Positions 24,101 through 36,000 of a DNA stretch of 64,000 nucleotides are shown piece after piece. The DNA comes from Macrostomum hystrix (taxonomy: Eukaryota > Animalia > Platyhelminthes): contig CATNEN010000030.1 of NCBI GenBank assembly GCA_950097015.1, positions 62,001-126,000 of the forward strand, written 5' to 3'. Made by a program: the position numbers and the translations under genes. Position 1 is the first letter of the stretch, and each line of letters begins with the position of its first letter. The notes under the pieces are model-generated. The model searched no databases. It was not told the origin of the DNA and saw nothing but the letters and a program-made list of their open reading frames with translations.

Positions 24101-24597
24101 GCACCACCGTGTGGCCGTACCGAAGCAGCGGCTTGTCTGGTAGCTCTGTCTCTGGCTGGGCAGCCGCGTAGCAGCGCGTCGCCTGGGTCACGTCCGTCCA
24201 GCAAAGGCTGTGCACATTTAGGCACTGAACGCTAACCTGCGGACCAGGGCAAGTGGTTGAAATTGTTTTGGTAGCGTTCGAGGGTCTACTTAATATCTGG
24301 GGTAGCTGCATTCGCAACTGCTCACATGGAACAATATGCTTTTCTTTGTTGAAACAGGTTTTTTCAGTCAACCCTTGCTGTGCACTAATCAGTTCGCACA
24401 GATGTGGTTAGACTCACTCGTAGACTTCTGTGCGTACGATTTGCCTCGGTGCTTCTAGAGAAGCCTCCAAAAGAGTAGACCATATTGCCAAGAAGTACCG
24501 CGGCATTGTTTACTCGCTTAAGGCAGCCCTGAAGAGCCACCGTCCAAAAAAGACTGTGGCAACTGACGGGATTGTCAGTAGACACGGTTTCTGAAGT
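21196..24597 (-). CDS. KLHDC3: Kelch domain-containing protein 3-like, copy A. Exons 24597-24418, 24236-23832, 23737-22956, 21250-21196
   Basis: WTVALQGCLKRVNNAAV, RYGHTVV...FMFGGRND, SRDGHSAC...FIFGGF, PRDFS, and a BC/Cul2-box-like PSLQTLCALAV...LP. All junctions are GT-AG and phase-compatible. No in-frame ATG before blade 1. Confidence 0.85.
21300..22955. repeat. Composite 19/23-bp minisatellite (CACAAATCACTCTGAATCA plus ACACAAATGCCACTCACTGCAGC) in the last intron of KLHDC3 copy A
   Basis: Reverse complement of the 28222-29857 array, with different unit order beyond ~110 bp from the exon. Confidence 0.95.
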
Positions 24598-26709
24598 CTG
24601 ATTGTTTTGAAAGGCAGTCTAACTTAGTTGTGACACGCTTCTGTAATATATATTTGTTATGATTTTTGTGCATCGAACAAGATTGATGAGCACAGGCAAT
24701 CACAGCTAAAAACAAATATATTCCAGCTGAAAAAATACTGAATAAAATGCATTAACAATACAAAACATTTTTAGCAACTAATATTGTTTGCAAATCAATT
24801 AGATTCGCGTCTGAATTTAGTCTGAAACAAATTCAGACTGACTGTCTTCAGACTGTATGAAAATAAGAAAATACATACTCGTACCAAGCTAAGTAGAATT
24901 TTGCAGCGATTAAAAACATATCACTATTTTTTAAGCAGCGCAAATAACTTCTGAAATGCTCACCATGAAGTAAACATTCCATGCTCAATTTATTTGGAAA
25001 CTGTGCCCATTTTTATCTTTCTTTTCCAAGAAAATGGCTACTTTTAAACTTGCGCCAAAATTTCCGCGATACATTCACGTCGGCTAAGACAAATGAATAT
25101 TATTAATTGCTGTTAATTTACGTTAACGAGACGGAAGCATATAAAATAAAATGCTGAAAAACATCACCATATCGAAACGTCATACAGAATTTTTTATCAA
25201 CAGTTTTTTTAATCGTTTTTCCATGGTGGTCTTAGCTTGTACAAACCTGGTCTTAGGTGGTTCCATTGTTTAAAAATGTACTACACTTACTACTCTGCTA
25301 TTCCGTATGATTAACGGGACTGATAGCAGGATTTAATTCTCCAGAATTTTCTTATGCCTGTATTATATTGTAATTTTATTTTCAGTGTACTACATTATAC
25401 TAGATTATACTAATTATGTATAACAAAAAGTAATGTATAACAAAATATAAATAGAAAATTTTTATTTAATGTCTATAAATTACATTTATATAAATAGGAC
25501 TAACTCTATGCGTAGTGCAATGTTTATTAGTTGTGAATTTCTTTGTACATTTTTGCCTAGAGAAGATGCTTGCACATATTGCCAGTTCTAATATACAATA
25601 AATATTTCTTCTTCAGTTCTTCTGTGCTTGTTGTTTCAATTTCACTGTTGTATGTAGCTAATAAACATAAACCAATGACATAACAAAAAACTAATAAGAA
25701 GCTTACTTGCTATTTGTACAAATACAAGGACAAGGACCCTTGGCATCACTCTATTACAAATAGGCCTTGTATACTGCAGTGCTCCTTGGCTTGAATTTGC
25801 AGTGTAGTTGGAATGCAGACAGTAGGCCTAAGACTGCTACTGCAAGGGTAGGCCAAGCTAATGTTCTAAGTAACAATTCTTTTGTTTTTTCTTTAAGCAT
25901 GTATAAGCCTAGGCCTAACTGAGTTAACTATGTATTTAAATATTACTATAGATTTAGCTATGATCATAGCTAGCTGTTAGCTAAATGAATATAATATTTG
26001 ATTTAATTTTTTATTTAAATCTCATTGCTGATAAAGCTTTTGTTCAGGGGTCCCAGGTCCACAATGTGGCTAGCTGCAATGGTACCACAACAGATCAAAA
26101 CTCAAAACATAGGGTTCCCATTAAAGTGCATATGCATGCATTAATATAAATGCTCATGATCTACAAGTATAGTTTATATGATCTTATGTAAGTCTAGGGA
26201 TAAGCTGCCATGGCCCCTGGGAAAATAGGACATTGAAGTCTATAAAAGTAATCATTTTTATCAATAGAACTGGTTGATTTTTATGTAAAATAAAAAAAAC
26301 TACAAAATAAAAAACAGGAATGCAACAAAGGTCCAATGTACACAATTTCAGATGAAGATTGTTGTGTCTTTGTGCTACAATAGATGGGGTCATACAGTTG
26401 TTTGATAATAAAAATAAAAAAAATAATTATATGTTATATGCCAACCACAAATTAGCCAAGATTGGATGAGGATCAAATCATGTGATATTTACATCCATTA
26501 ACAAATAATGTTTTTCTATACTCCCACCAAAGTGGTTGTGTGCCATAAAGTATTAATTTAAATCTACATCTTAAAAATTGTTGTAGATCTTAGATCTAGT
26601 ACTCAAATGGTGTGAACTGCAGGCTAATAGCAGTATAGGTAGCAATTGCTACACAGTATGAAAAGTATTATGCTAACTCTAAGCCATCCATGAATCCAAT
26701 AATTTTCAG

Positions 26710-29700
26710 ACTTTTGGCCAACAAGATCCAGCAGCGGTGGCTTCCATTGCGACAGGCAAGTCTGCCGGCCGTGCAGCCTCTGTTGGGGATAGATCCCAGG
26801 ACCACAGCCTCTATTGGACAGTAGCACTGCAGGGCTGCCTGGAGCGTGTGAACCATGCCGCTGTGCTCATAGACTCATTTGTCTATTCGTTTGGCGGCTT
26901 CTCTGGCAGTCGGGCTCACTACCTGCGCCAGAGTACTCGAATCGATGTCCAATGCCTAAATGTGCACAGCCTTTGCTGGACGGACGTGACCCAGGCGACG
27001 CGCTGCTACGCGGCTGCCCAGCCAGAGACAGAGCTACCAGACAAGCCGCTGCTTCGGTACGGCCACACGGTGGTGCAGTTCAACGGCTGCGCCTTCATGT
27101 TCGGCGGCCGCAACGACAGAGAGGCTGCGCCGCCTCATGTGTGCCAGTTTGACCCTGCCACGCTGCTGTGGACTGTACACACGGGCGGAGGGCAGCCACC
27201 GCAGAGTCGGGACGGCCACTCGGCCTGCCTGGTGGACAGCCGGATGTTTATATTCGGCGGCTTCACGGTGGCAGAGGAGTACGAGAACCAGGTGTACTGC
27301 TGCGACCTGCTCAGCATGGAGTGGACTCGCATCCAGCCAAGGCTAGTGAGTGATTTCATGCAGCTGGCTCAATTATCCCAGACCTCAAGAGTCCCACATC
27401 AGTCTCAGAGGATCAAAAATCTCGCCCGCTTGCCCGCAGAGCGGCATTCCAGAGGCGCCGACGCCGCGCGACTTTAGCTGCTCGGTGGCCTGGCGACGCG
27501 GCTTCTTTATGTGGGGCGGCCGCAGCGACATGGCGGGTCACGTGTTTTCCGGCGAGTCCTGCTACGACTCCGGCCTGTACTACTTTGATGTCGACAGTCA
27601 GTCGTGGAGTCTGCGAGCGAGAGTCAACAATCTGCTGGGCAGACGGTCGGGGACAATGTTTTGCCTAGGAGAAAAGATCTATTTTGGCTTCGGGTACAAT
27701 GACCTGCGCTCAACGAGCTCGGAGGACGGCCATCTGAATGATCTGTGGTGCCTGGACCCAATCAGCGGCTGTGTGACTCGGGTCGAGCCGTGCACCGCAT
27801 TCTGCAGAGGCCCATGTCCACGAAGACGCCTGGTGGCAGTGCCAGTGTCCGATAGCCGTGTGATTCTGTTTGGTGGCACGTGTCGCTTTGTGAGATACAG
27901 CTTTGAACCAGCGCTACCCGCTGCCGACTTCCAACGACTGTACGCTCCGCTGCTGGGCCATCTGCCCGGTCTGCGAGCCTCTGCTGACGACGGAGACGGC
28001 GAGGCCGACCAGCCCGACGAAGTCGAGAGGCGGGAGTCCGGACCAGCCGATGATGCTGTCGACTTGGAGCAGCTGGAGGAGGAGCCAGACGACTCCATCA
28101 TGGGACTGAAGGATCTGTCCGATATGTTTGTGCTAGAGATTCAACCGAGTCTTCAGACTCTGTGCGCACTCGCCGTTGTCCGCTGGCGACTTCCGATCTC
28201 TGGACTGCCCGCTCTGCTGCAGTGAGTGGCGTTTGTGTGATTCAGAGTGATTTGTGTGATTCAAGGTGATTTGTGTGCTGCAGAGAGTGGCATTTGTGTG
28301 ATTCAGAGTGATTTGTGTGATTCAGAGTGATTTGTGTGATTCAAGGTGATTTGTGTGCTGCAGAGAGTGGCATTTGTGTGATTCAGAGTGATTTGTGTGA
28401 TTCAGAGTGATTTGTGTGATTCAAAGTGATTTGTGTGCTGCAGAGAGTGGCATTTGTGTGATTCAGGGTGATTTGTGTGCTGCAGTGAGTGGCATTTGTG
28501 TGATTCAGAGTGATTTGTGTGCTGCAGAGTGATTTGTGTGATTCAAAGTGATTTGTGTGCTGCAGAGAGTGGCATTTGTGTGATTCAGAGTGATTTGTGT
28601 GATTCAGAGTGATTTGTGTGCTGCAGTGAGTGGCATTTGTGTGATTCAGAGTGATTTGTGTGCTGCAGAGTGATTTGTGTGATTCAAAGTGATTTGTGTG
28701 CTGCAGAGAGTGGCATTTGTGTGATTCAGGGTGATTTGTGTTCTGCAGTGAGTGGCATTTGTGTGATTCAGAGTGATTTGTGTGCTGCAGAGAGTGCATT
28801 TGTGTGATTCAGAGTGATTTGTGTGATTCAGAGTGATTTGTGTGATTCAAAGTGATTTGTGTGCTGCAGAGAGTGGCGTTTGTGTGATTCAGAGTGATTT
28901 GTGTGATTCAGAGTGATTTGTGTGATTCAGAGTGATTTGTGTGATTCAAAGTGATTTGTGTGCTGCAGAGAGTGCATTTGTGTGATTCAGGGTGATTTGT
29001 GTGCTGCAGTGAGTGGCATTTGTGTGATTCAGGGTGATTTGTGTGATTCAGAGTGATTTGTGTGATTCAGAGTGATTTGTGTGCTGCAGAGAGTGGCGTT
29101 TGTGTGATTCAGAGTGGTTTGTGTGATTCAGAGTGGTTTGTGTGATTCAGAGTGATTTGTGTGATTCAGAGTGATTTGTGTGATTCAGAGTGATTTGTGT
29201 GATTCAAAGTGATTTGTGTGCTGCAGAGAGTGCATTTGTGTGATTCAGGGTGATTTGTGTGCTGCAGAGAGTGCATTTGTGTGATTCAAAGTGATTTGTG
29301 TGCTGCAGAGAGTGGCATTTGTGTGATTCAGGGTGATTTGTGTGCTGCAGTGAGTGGCATTTGTGTGATTCAGGGTGATTTGTGTGATTCAGAGTGATTT
29401 GTGTGATTCAGAGTGATTTGTGTGATTCAGAGTGATTTGTGTGATTCAAAGTGATTTGTGTGCTGCAGAGAGTGGCATTTGTGTGATTCAGAGTGATTTG
29501 TGTGATTCAGAGTGATTTGTGTGATTCAGAGTGATTTGTGTGATTCAGAGTGATTTGTGTGCTGCAGAGAGTGGCATTTTTGTGATTCAGAGTGATTTGT
29601 GTGCTGCAGAGAGTGGCATTTTTGTGATTCAGAGTGATTTGTGTGCTGCAGAGAGTGGCATTTTTGTGATTCAGAGTGATTTGTGTGCTGCAGAGAGTGG

Positions 29701-29975
29701 CATTTATGTGATTCAGAGTGATTTGTGTGCTGCAGTGAGTGGCATTTGTGTGATTCAGAGTGATTTGTGTGCTGCAGTGAGTGGCATTTGTGTGATTCAG
29801 AGTGATTTGTGTGCTGCAGTGAGTGGCATTTGTGTGATTCAGAGTGATTTGTGTGTGAGGGATCTGTATCACCGTATTATTCGTACTGATTTCACTAGCC
29901 TTGGCCCTACCTGTTTGTTTTCTTCACAGAGAGGACGTGCTCCGGAGATTTCAGCAAATATTCAGCCCGCCTTGA
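26710..29975 (+). CDS. KLHDC3: Kelch domain-containing protein 3-like, copy B. Exons 26710-27345, 27440-28221, 29930-29975
   Basis: YWTVALQGCLERVNHAAVLIDSFVYSFGGF matches the recalled KLHDC3 N-terminus. A 94-nt GTGAGT...CAG intron joins the two overlapping ORFs in frame. The last exon gives QEDVLRRFQQIFSPP*. Confidence 0.88.
28222..29857. repeat. Composite 19/23-bp minisatellite (TGATTCAGAGTGATTTGTG plus GCTGCAG(T/A)GAGTGGCATTTGTGT) in the last intron of KLHDC3 copy B
   Basis: Begins exactly at the donor; the 42-bp composite gives the 14-aa repeat ORFs. Confidence 0.95.
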
Positions 29976-30946
29976 CGCTGACTTCCATCCGCATGGCTAC
30001 TCGACGACGCAACTCATGTGTTTCTTATTCTTTCATATTTTCTGACTTTGAATTTTTTCGCTCTTCTATTCATTAAACAGTTTCAATAGCTCTTGTTTGA
30101 TTATGTGGCATTCCGATTGTGTTGTTGTCAGTTGCAGTGTGAGACTCAGTAGCTTCAAACTTGTGAGCATTTTCATTTTCTTCCGAATTATTTCCCACAG
30201 TTGTTGTATGATTTCCCAATTTAAACGAATATTTTGTTTCTCATATTTGGTTGACTAATTTCTACTTTGTGACTGTTTCTACTGCTATTCGGTAGCTCAG
30301 TGTTTTTGAACTGTTAGATGTGTTTGAAATGCTGTTAGCTTAATAAATTGTTTGCATATGCAAGTTGCTTCAGTGTTGCGGTTTCAATATAAAGCAGAGC
30401 ATTGTTCAATAGTTTGTTACCACGCTCTCTCATTGTAATGTATAGCAAGTATAAAATTTTTTTGATCGGAATATTTGCAAATTTCGATGATTTCATTGTT
30501 TCTCATTTCAAAATTTGTGACTCTACTTATTTACTGTTTAAATAATTTTGCTATCCATAATTTTTTGTAAAATATAAAACTACGAGTGCATAGCACGTCC
30601 TGTTGTACTAAATTGGAAACTCGTAATTTAAGTTTTCTGTTTACGCGTTCGATGTGTGATTCATTCTTGTGATTGCCTATTTTTACCTAGCTACTTGAAG
30701 GCTTTCTTAATAATTTGAAAAATTTAGATGATAAACTTAAATATTTTGAGTAAAAACCTTATCAAATATTTGTACAGCGGCTATTCATCATTTTTCAAAA
30801 TAGCGGTTGTCTTTTTTCACTAAAGTTATTTAAAGTTCGACTAAATTTAATGCAGGTTTAAGATTAAAAAAGTTATAAACGGGTGTAATTACAGTTACTG
30901 TAATATTTAAATTTAACATGAATTTGCTCATTTATTATATTTAAAC

Positions 30947-30985
30947 TGCCGACGCGTTTCGTCCAAAGCTGACATCTTCAGGGCA
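30947..30985 (-). ncRNA. Minimal type I hammerhead ribozyme (Penelope-like element type)
   Basis: Minus strand reads UGCC-CUGAAGA-u-GUC agcuuug GAC-GAAAC-GC-GUC-GGCA: stem I UGCC/GGCA, complete catalytic core, stem II GUC/GAC, palindromic ACGCGU stem III, GUC cleavage triplet. AATAAA lies 11-16 nt downstream. Confidence 0.8.
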
Positions 30986-33050
30986 CACAAACCAACGAAA
31001 AACAACCGAAAATGTATTTAGCGCATTGAAATTCAACGCATTCAGTCCCAATTGATTAATTAATTTTCAAAGTGAAACCCTGTATGGTGAAGACCAATCG
31101 AACCATGAAGAGCACACCTCCAGCTAACAGTGCACGTATTTAAAAAAATTAATTAAAAAAGCTGACATTTTCAGCTTTCTTCCGTTGTAGAGCTGTTTAG
31201 TAAAGAACACAAACGAATAAAATAAACCTCAGAGTTTTCCGGACTGTCGTAACAAGTTCTAGCCATACAGTTTACGAGACGCACGTCTGATCCAAAGTGG
31301 TATCGATTTGAAATTGCTATTTTTCCCAGGAAATCTTTCGACAAGTGTCTTAAAATCTTTAAAAAGTTTCGAGTTGATTTAATGTATTGACTGGAATACA
31401 TTAATTCATTAAGATCAATAAGACATTAAGAATACACGTGTTTACAAAGTTATACATAAAGTAAAAAAAGGCCCGTATGATTTAAAAAACTGTTTCTTCT
31501 CTAAAAAGTGCCTCGCTTCAATTGTCTTAGTCTTACAATTGTCAAAGCTCACGCTGTTCTTAGAGCTACATAATGTAGGGTTTTTTCAGTTTTTTTCTGC
31601 ATTAATTAGAAGTGACAGCAATGACAACAACATCAAATACAAAACAGTATTACCATACAAATCGTTTATTATATTTTTTCTCTGACAGTGAGTGTGATTG
31701 CCCTTTTTACTTGTATTGTAACCCATATCAAGAATATCAGTGAACATATTTTAGAAAATGTAGTCACAAAAGCACAGATTTTCAGCCCAGTTATATGGGC
31801 TTCTTAAACTTTACCTAAAAAATATTTTGCATTTTCAAATCAACTTTGAACTTCACACACAAATAGACATTTCATCTTTAAACTTCTAGAGTCTAGTATG
31901 TTAGTATGTATCTAGTGCCTAGTGAGTCAGACAGTGAGTTGTTGACATATTTTCTGTTGTTGCTTAGGTCTGTCTAGTTACCTGAGCCTTTAAAAAATGT
32001 ATTTGTAAAGTTGTTGGTTCATATTTGCTAATACTATTAATGAAAAATATAATTAAAACTAGTCTTATTTTACCTTATTTTATGAATGAAAATATTTCAG
32101 AATAAATTAACAATAATATGAGCTGCATTGAAAACATCTAGTTGTTTCTATTGTTTTTTGTCATTGTCATAGAGTCTGATTCCCATATATTATATACCCA
32201 CAAAGGCCTTTAGGCCTAGCCTTTAATAAATAATATTAATCTTCAATAGGTCCCTATGTCTTTATTGAAGTTTAATGCTATCTATTAATCACACTATTTA
32301 CCCAACCCAAACTCCTCAATCACCATGTACCACTACCACTTAGTGTGGTATTCCTATATTTTAGGGTACCCACAAAAGCCCTTGGGCCCATTCTATAATA
32401 AATATGAATAATCTTCAATAGGTCACTTTGGCTCTATTGCATTTTACAAGCATGCTGCTTATTTGCTATTCTCCCACAAAAAATACAAGCATACCCAGCT
32501 AAAATTTTTCTTCTAAAATCTCTAATTCCCCATGTATCACTAAGTATAGTTATATTGTGACAAATAAGTCACTCCATAGAAAGTGGTTGTAGATGAAATA
32601 ATATGGTTTTTTTTTAACTCAGTACCCATAAAAACACATGGATGCAGATTTCTGAACATACTAAAGCTTGAACTATTTTATAGGATTAAAGTTCAAGAAA
32701 CCTGCCAATAACATAAGAGAGGTGGATTGGGATTTATCACCTAACATTTTTTAGTTCTAGTATATGATGTCGATTATAGATGTCTGCTTATGAAAGTCAT
32801 TTCCTACCCCCTCCAAAGAAAATCTTCAGCTTGATGGTTGCCTATTGCTCTTTTTCTCTTGCATTTCTGTGTGAAAATATGTTGTGAGTGTCGAAAGAGT
32901 AGTACAAAATATTTGAAGCAGAGTTTTATGTAGCATTTAATCATTTATTTTTAACAATTCTTTGCAGCTAAAAAATAGTATTTAGCACTTGTTCTAGCCT
33001 AGCTAAGGCCTAGTTCAATTGTTGCACATCGTTCATCACACTTAGTTGCC

Positions 33051-36000
33051 ATGCCAACCAAGGCAGGCATTTGGCGCCGAAATTCGTCCTACTCTGAGAG
33101 TGGCGCATTCGACATCCCTGAGCAGCGAATGCCTATTATGTCCAGTGAGTCAGATGGTATTTAAAAAATCTCCTTTAATGCAGTGTATCTGCTAAATCAA
33201 GTATTTATTTATCAAATTACTATGTGATTTGTAGATCCAGTCTAGATTCGTTTTCGCTACAATCAGCATGCAGAATTCGTGTGGCTATAATTAGTTATAT
33301 ACTAATCCTTTTTCATATTCAAGTTCTGCCTCCGTTAAATTCTATCAGATGCCTGTGAAATCTCCCATTATACAGGGGTTCGCCTTGTAAAAAGTGAGTT
33401 ATTTTTTTAATTCAAGCCTTTCCCTGTCCTGAATTTCAATAGGCATTGAGGGATTTTTATGAATTGATCCGGGATCTATATACGATAGAGATCAAAGACC
33501 AGCTTGCCGACAATGTGATTTGTCTTTTTTCATTTTTCATCTGAAACTGGATAAAGCTAGAATTACTGTATCTCGATTTACAGTGTAGAAAATTCTATGC
33601 ATGCCTTGTGATATTCAACATGTGACAATTTATTTCAATATGGTCATATTTTACTAAAGCTGTGTCCATTATTAACGACCTTCTCCCAGCCTTATAGCTG
33701 CTCGCATCCTACCCAGTCCGGTATCCGGGATCTAGTAAGCACACAATAGTCATTCGTGGCTTTGCTCAAACATTTTTTCTGAGCTGAGCGCACTCACTCG
33801 ACGTAGAGAAAGAGAGCAAACAAAAGAACTCCTAGGAAAAGATTGCAAAGACCAAACTTCCGCTGGGATTTTGATGCGAAAAAAAACTAACTGGGATGCC
33901 CCGGTCGGCGGCGACTTTGATGTTCCTTGAATAACCACCCGCCCAACCTCCTCTGGATTGTTTCTCCTGTCACTTTCACTTTTAGGCCTAGAGAATAAAT
34001 AGATAATGAATTGATCGATCGATCGATCTATATGTAACCAAATTTAGAATCTTAACAGTAGAACTACCAGGGGGGAAATCCCCCTGACAATTTTTTGTGC
34101 CGAACGGAATAACGAAAGCATCTTCTGAAACAAGAATCAAGTTGCCATCTCGTCAGACCGTCGAGATATTCAATGGTTCTGGCCGAAGGTCAGATTTTTT
34201 CCATAAGCGCTAGTGTATTTCATACACCCCTATGCACGAATTAGCACTGCGCCTCAGTGCGGCCTTGCCAGGCCTTCAAAATTTATCAGCATGTCAGCCG
34301 AATGTGCCTGCATCATCCTCCGTCTTCGGTGGTCACCTACCTTTATCCTGACGGACTGCTGGACCTTTAAGGGCTACAACAGGTGGAACTAAGTCACAAT
34401 GGACATCCCTGACGCTAATTTCTCCAATTTCACTGATCAATCGAACATATTAGGCGCAGCTCAACCACAGTAAATCATTTCCTAGTCTGTCAACCAATCA
34501 GTCACCACCCAACGCTGTTAGCATTCAGGGGCTTCCAAAACGGCTTGGTAGTCCTGCTGTTAAATATATTAAAAAATGACGCGGCTACAATTTTGTGACT
34601 TCGCGATTTCCTATTGGAACAGCGAAGTGCCAACTACCATTCTACGAGTCGTAGTTCTTGTCCAATCCAATTTAAAATGCCTCCTTTTCTCCCTATGATC
34701 TGTATACTTCTGCCTATTTTAGTGCTGTTCTCATCCAAGAAGCAGCAGCAGCAGCAGCAGCAGTCAGACTTGTCTGTTTCGCAGGAGCCCGGCAAAGTAA
34801 GCGGCAACTTTGATCCTCAATCTCAGCCGTCTCAACCAGTGCCACACTCCGACCCCATGGCTGACGAATCTAAGCAGTCTAAGCGGCTAACAGAGAAGAG
34901 CAAGCATAATAAGCTGAGACATCAGCAGCAGCAGCAGCCTTTTCCACAAAGTGTTATCTTTGATGACCTGCTACTTAATGGAAAAGAATCTGACGACAGT
35001 CTCTATAGTGTGCCTAGAAGCATTAAGCTAACCTTGGAGGTAAGATTACTGGCCTAGTCAGCCTGGTAGTCTATTGTTTATGATATCCCCTCTAAAAATG
35101 CTTTAGACTCATTAAACCATTGGGGGTCGGTGGCAAAGCGTTTAACGCGTTTGCCTCTTGCACCAAGGTCGATTGCGCGGCGCAGCCGCAGAGAGAAGGC
35201 TTTGGGGCTTGTCGTGCAATTTACGCCATTGAGGGCCAACCTCCAAGTCACTGTGAAAGTGTACACTGTCTGACGATGAGAAAGTCAGGGCAGATGTACA
35301 CACCTATGTGGGTGTATGCCTGCGTACAGTATCTGTGTGCGTGTGTGCTCAGGAGTCAGCGAAATGGGCAGAACTGCCTCCTGGCTGGCTGCGGTTCTTG
35401 TGTCACCAAATGATGTGCCAATTCCTGCAGCCTTCCTGCAAATATTTTTTATTTAGTAAACCATTAGAAGTTTTAATCTTTTTTCAGCCCTACTTCGGCA
35501 AACGTCGTCAACACGAACATCGTCGTCGGCGTCACCATAGAGAGGCCGCGGTCGCTGATGCCGCTACATCAGCTGACCCTGTCGATAATCCTGACTCGCC
35601 GACTAGCAAGAAGCAACAGCAGCAGCAGCAAGAGTCAGAATCAGAGTGGTCCGTCACCCTCTATGATTTTGACGGCAGGGGCAAATTTACTAAGCAGGTA
35701 AGCAGACCGCATCTGCCTTGTTTCCATGATTTCCAGGATTCAATTCTGCCCGTTCCGCTGACCCCTGACTTTCTCGTCGTCAGGCATTGTACAGTATCAC
35801 TGTGATTTTTAATGAATTCGAGCTTAGTGACCTTAGCGAGAGTCACCCCCGTTACCATAGAGACACAAAATCTGAGTTATTAAAACTGTCTTTTCACGTT
35901 TTTTGTGACATTTTTTGCAATTTTTTGCCAAAGTAACAAGTCCTGAATTGACTACTATTAGTAGGACTTAGTGCTCAAGCCAAAATTCAAAATATTTTAT

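Noticed and set aside
27350-27477. Apparent frameshift between overlapping KLHDC3 ORFs (also 23700-23827)
   Set aside because: Explained by a canonical 94-nt GT-AG intron.
22952-28225. Inverted KLHDC3 arms as a hairpin/siRNA source
   Set aside because: The genes are transcribed divergently and give same-sense RNAs; dsRNA would need unsupported read-through across both arms.
31171-31401. ORF beside the hammerhead as a Penelope GIY-YIG/RT remnant
   Set aside because: No GIY-YIG or RT motifs in the translation.
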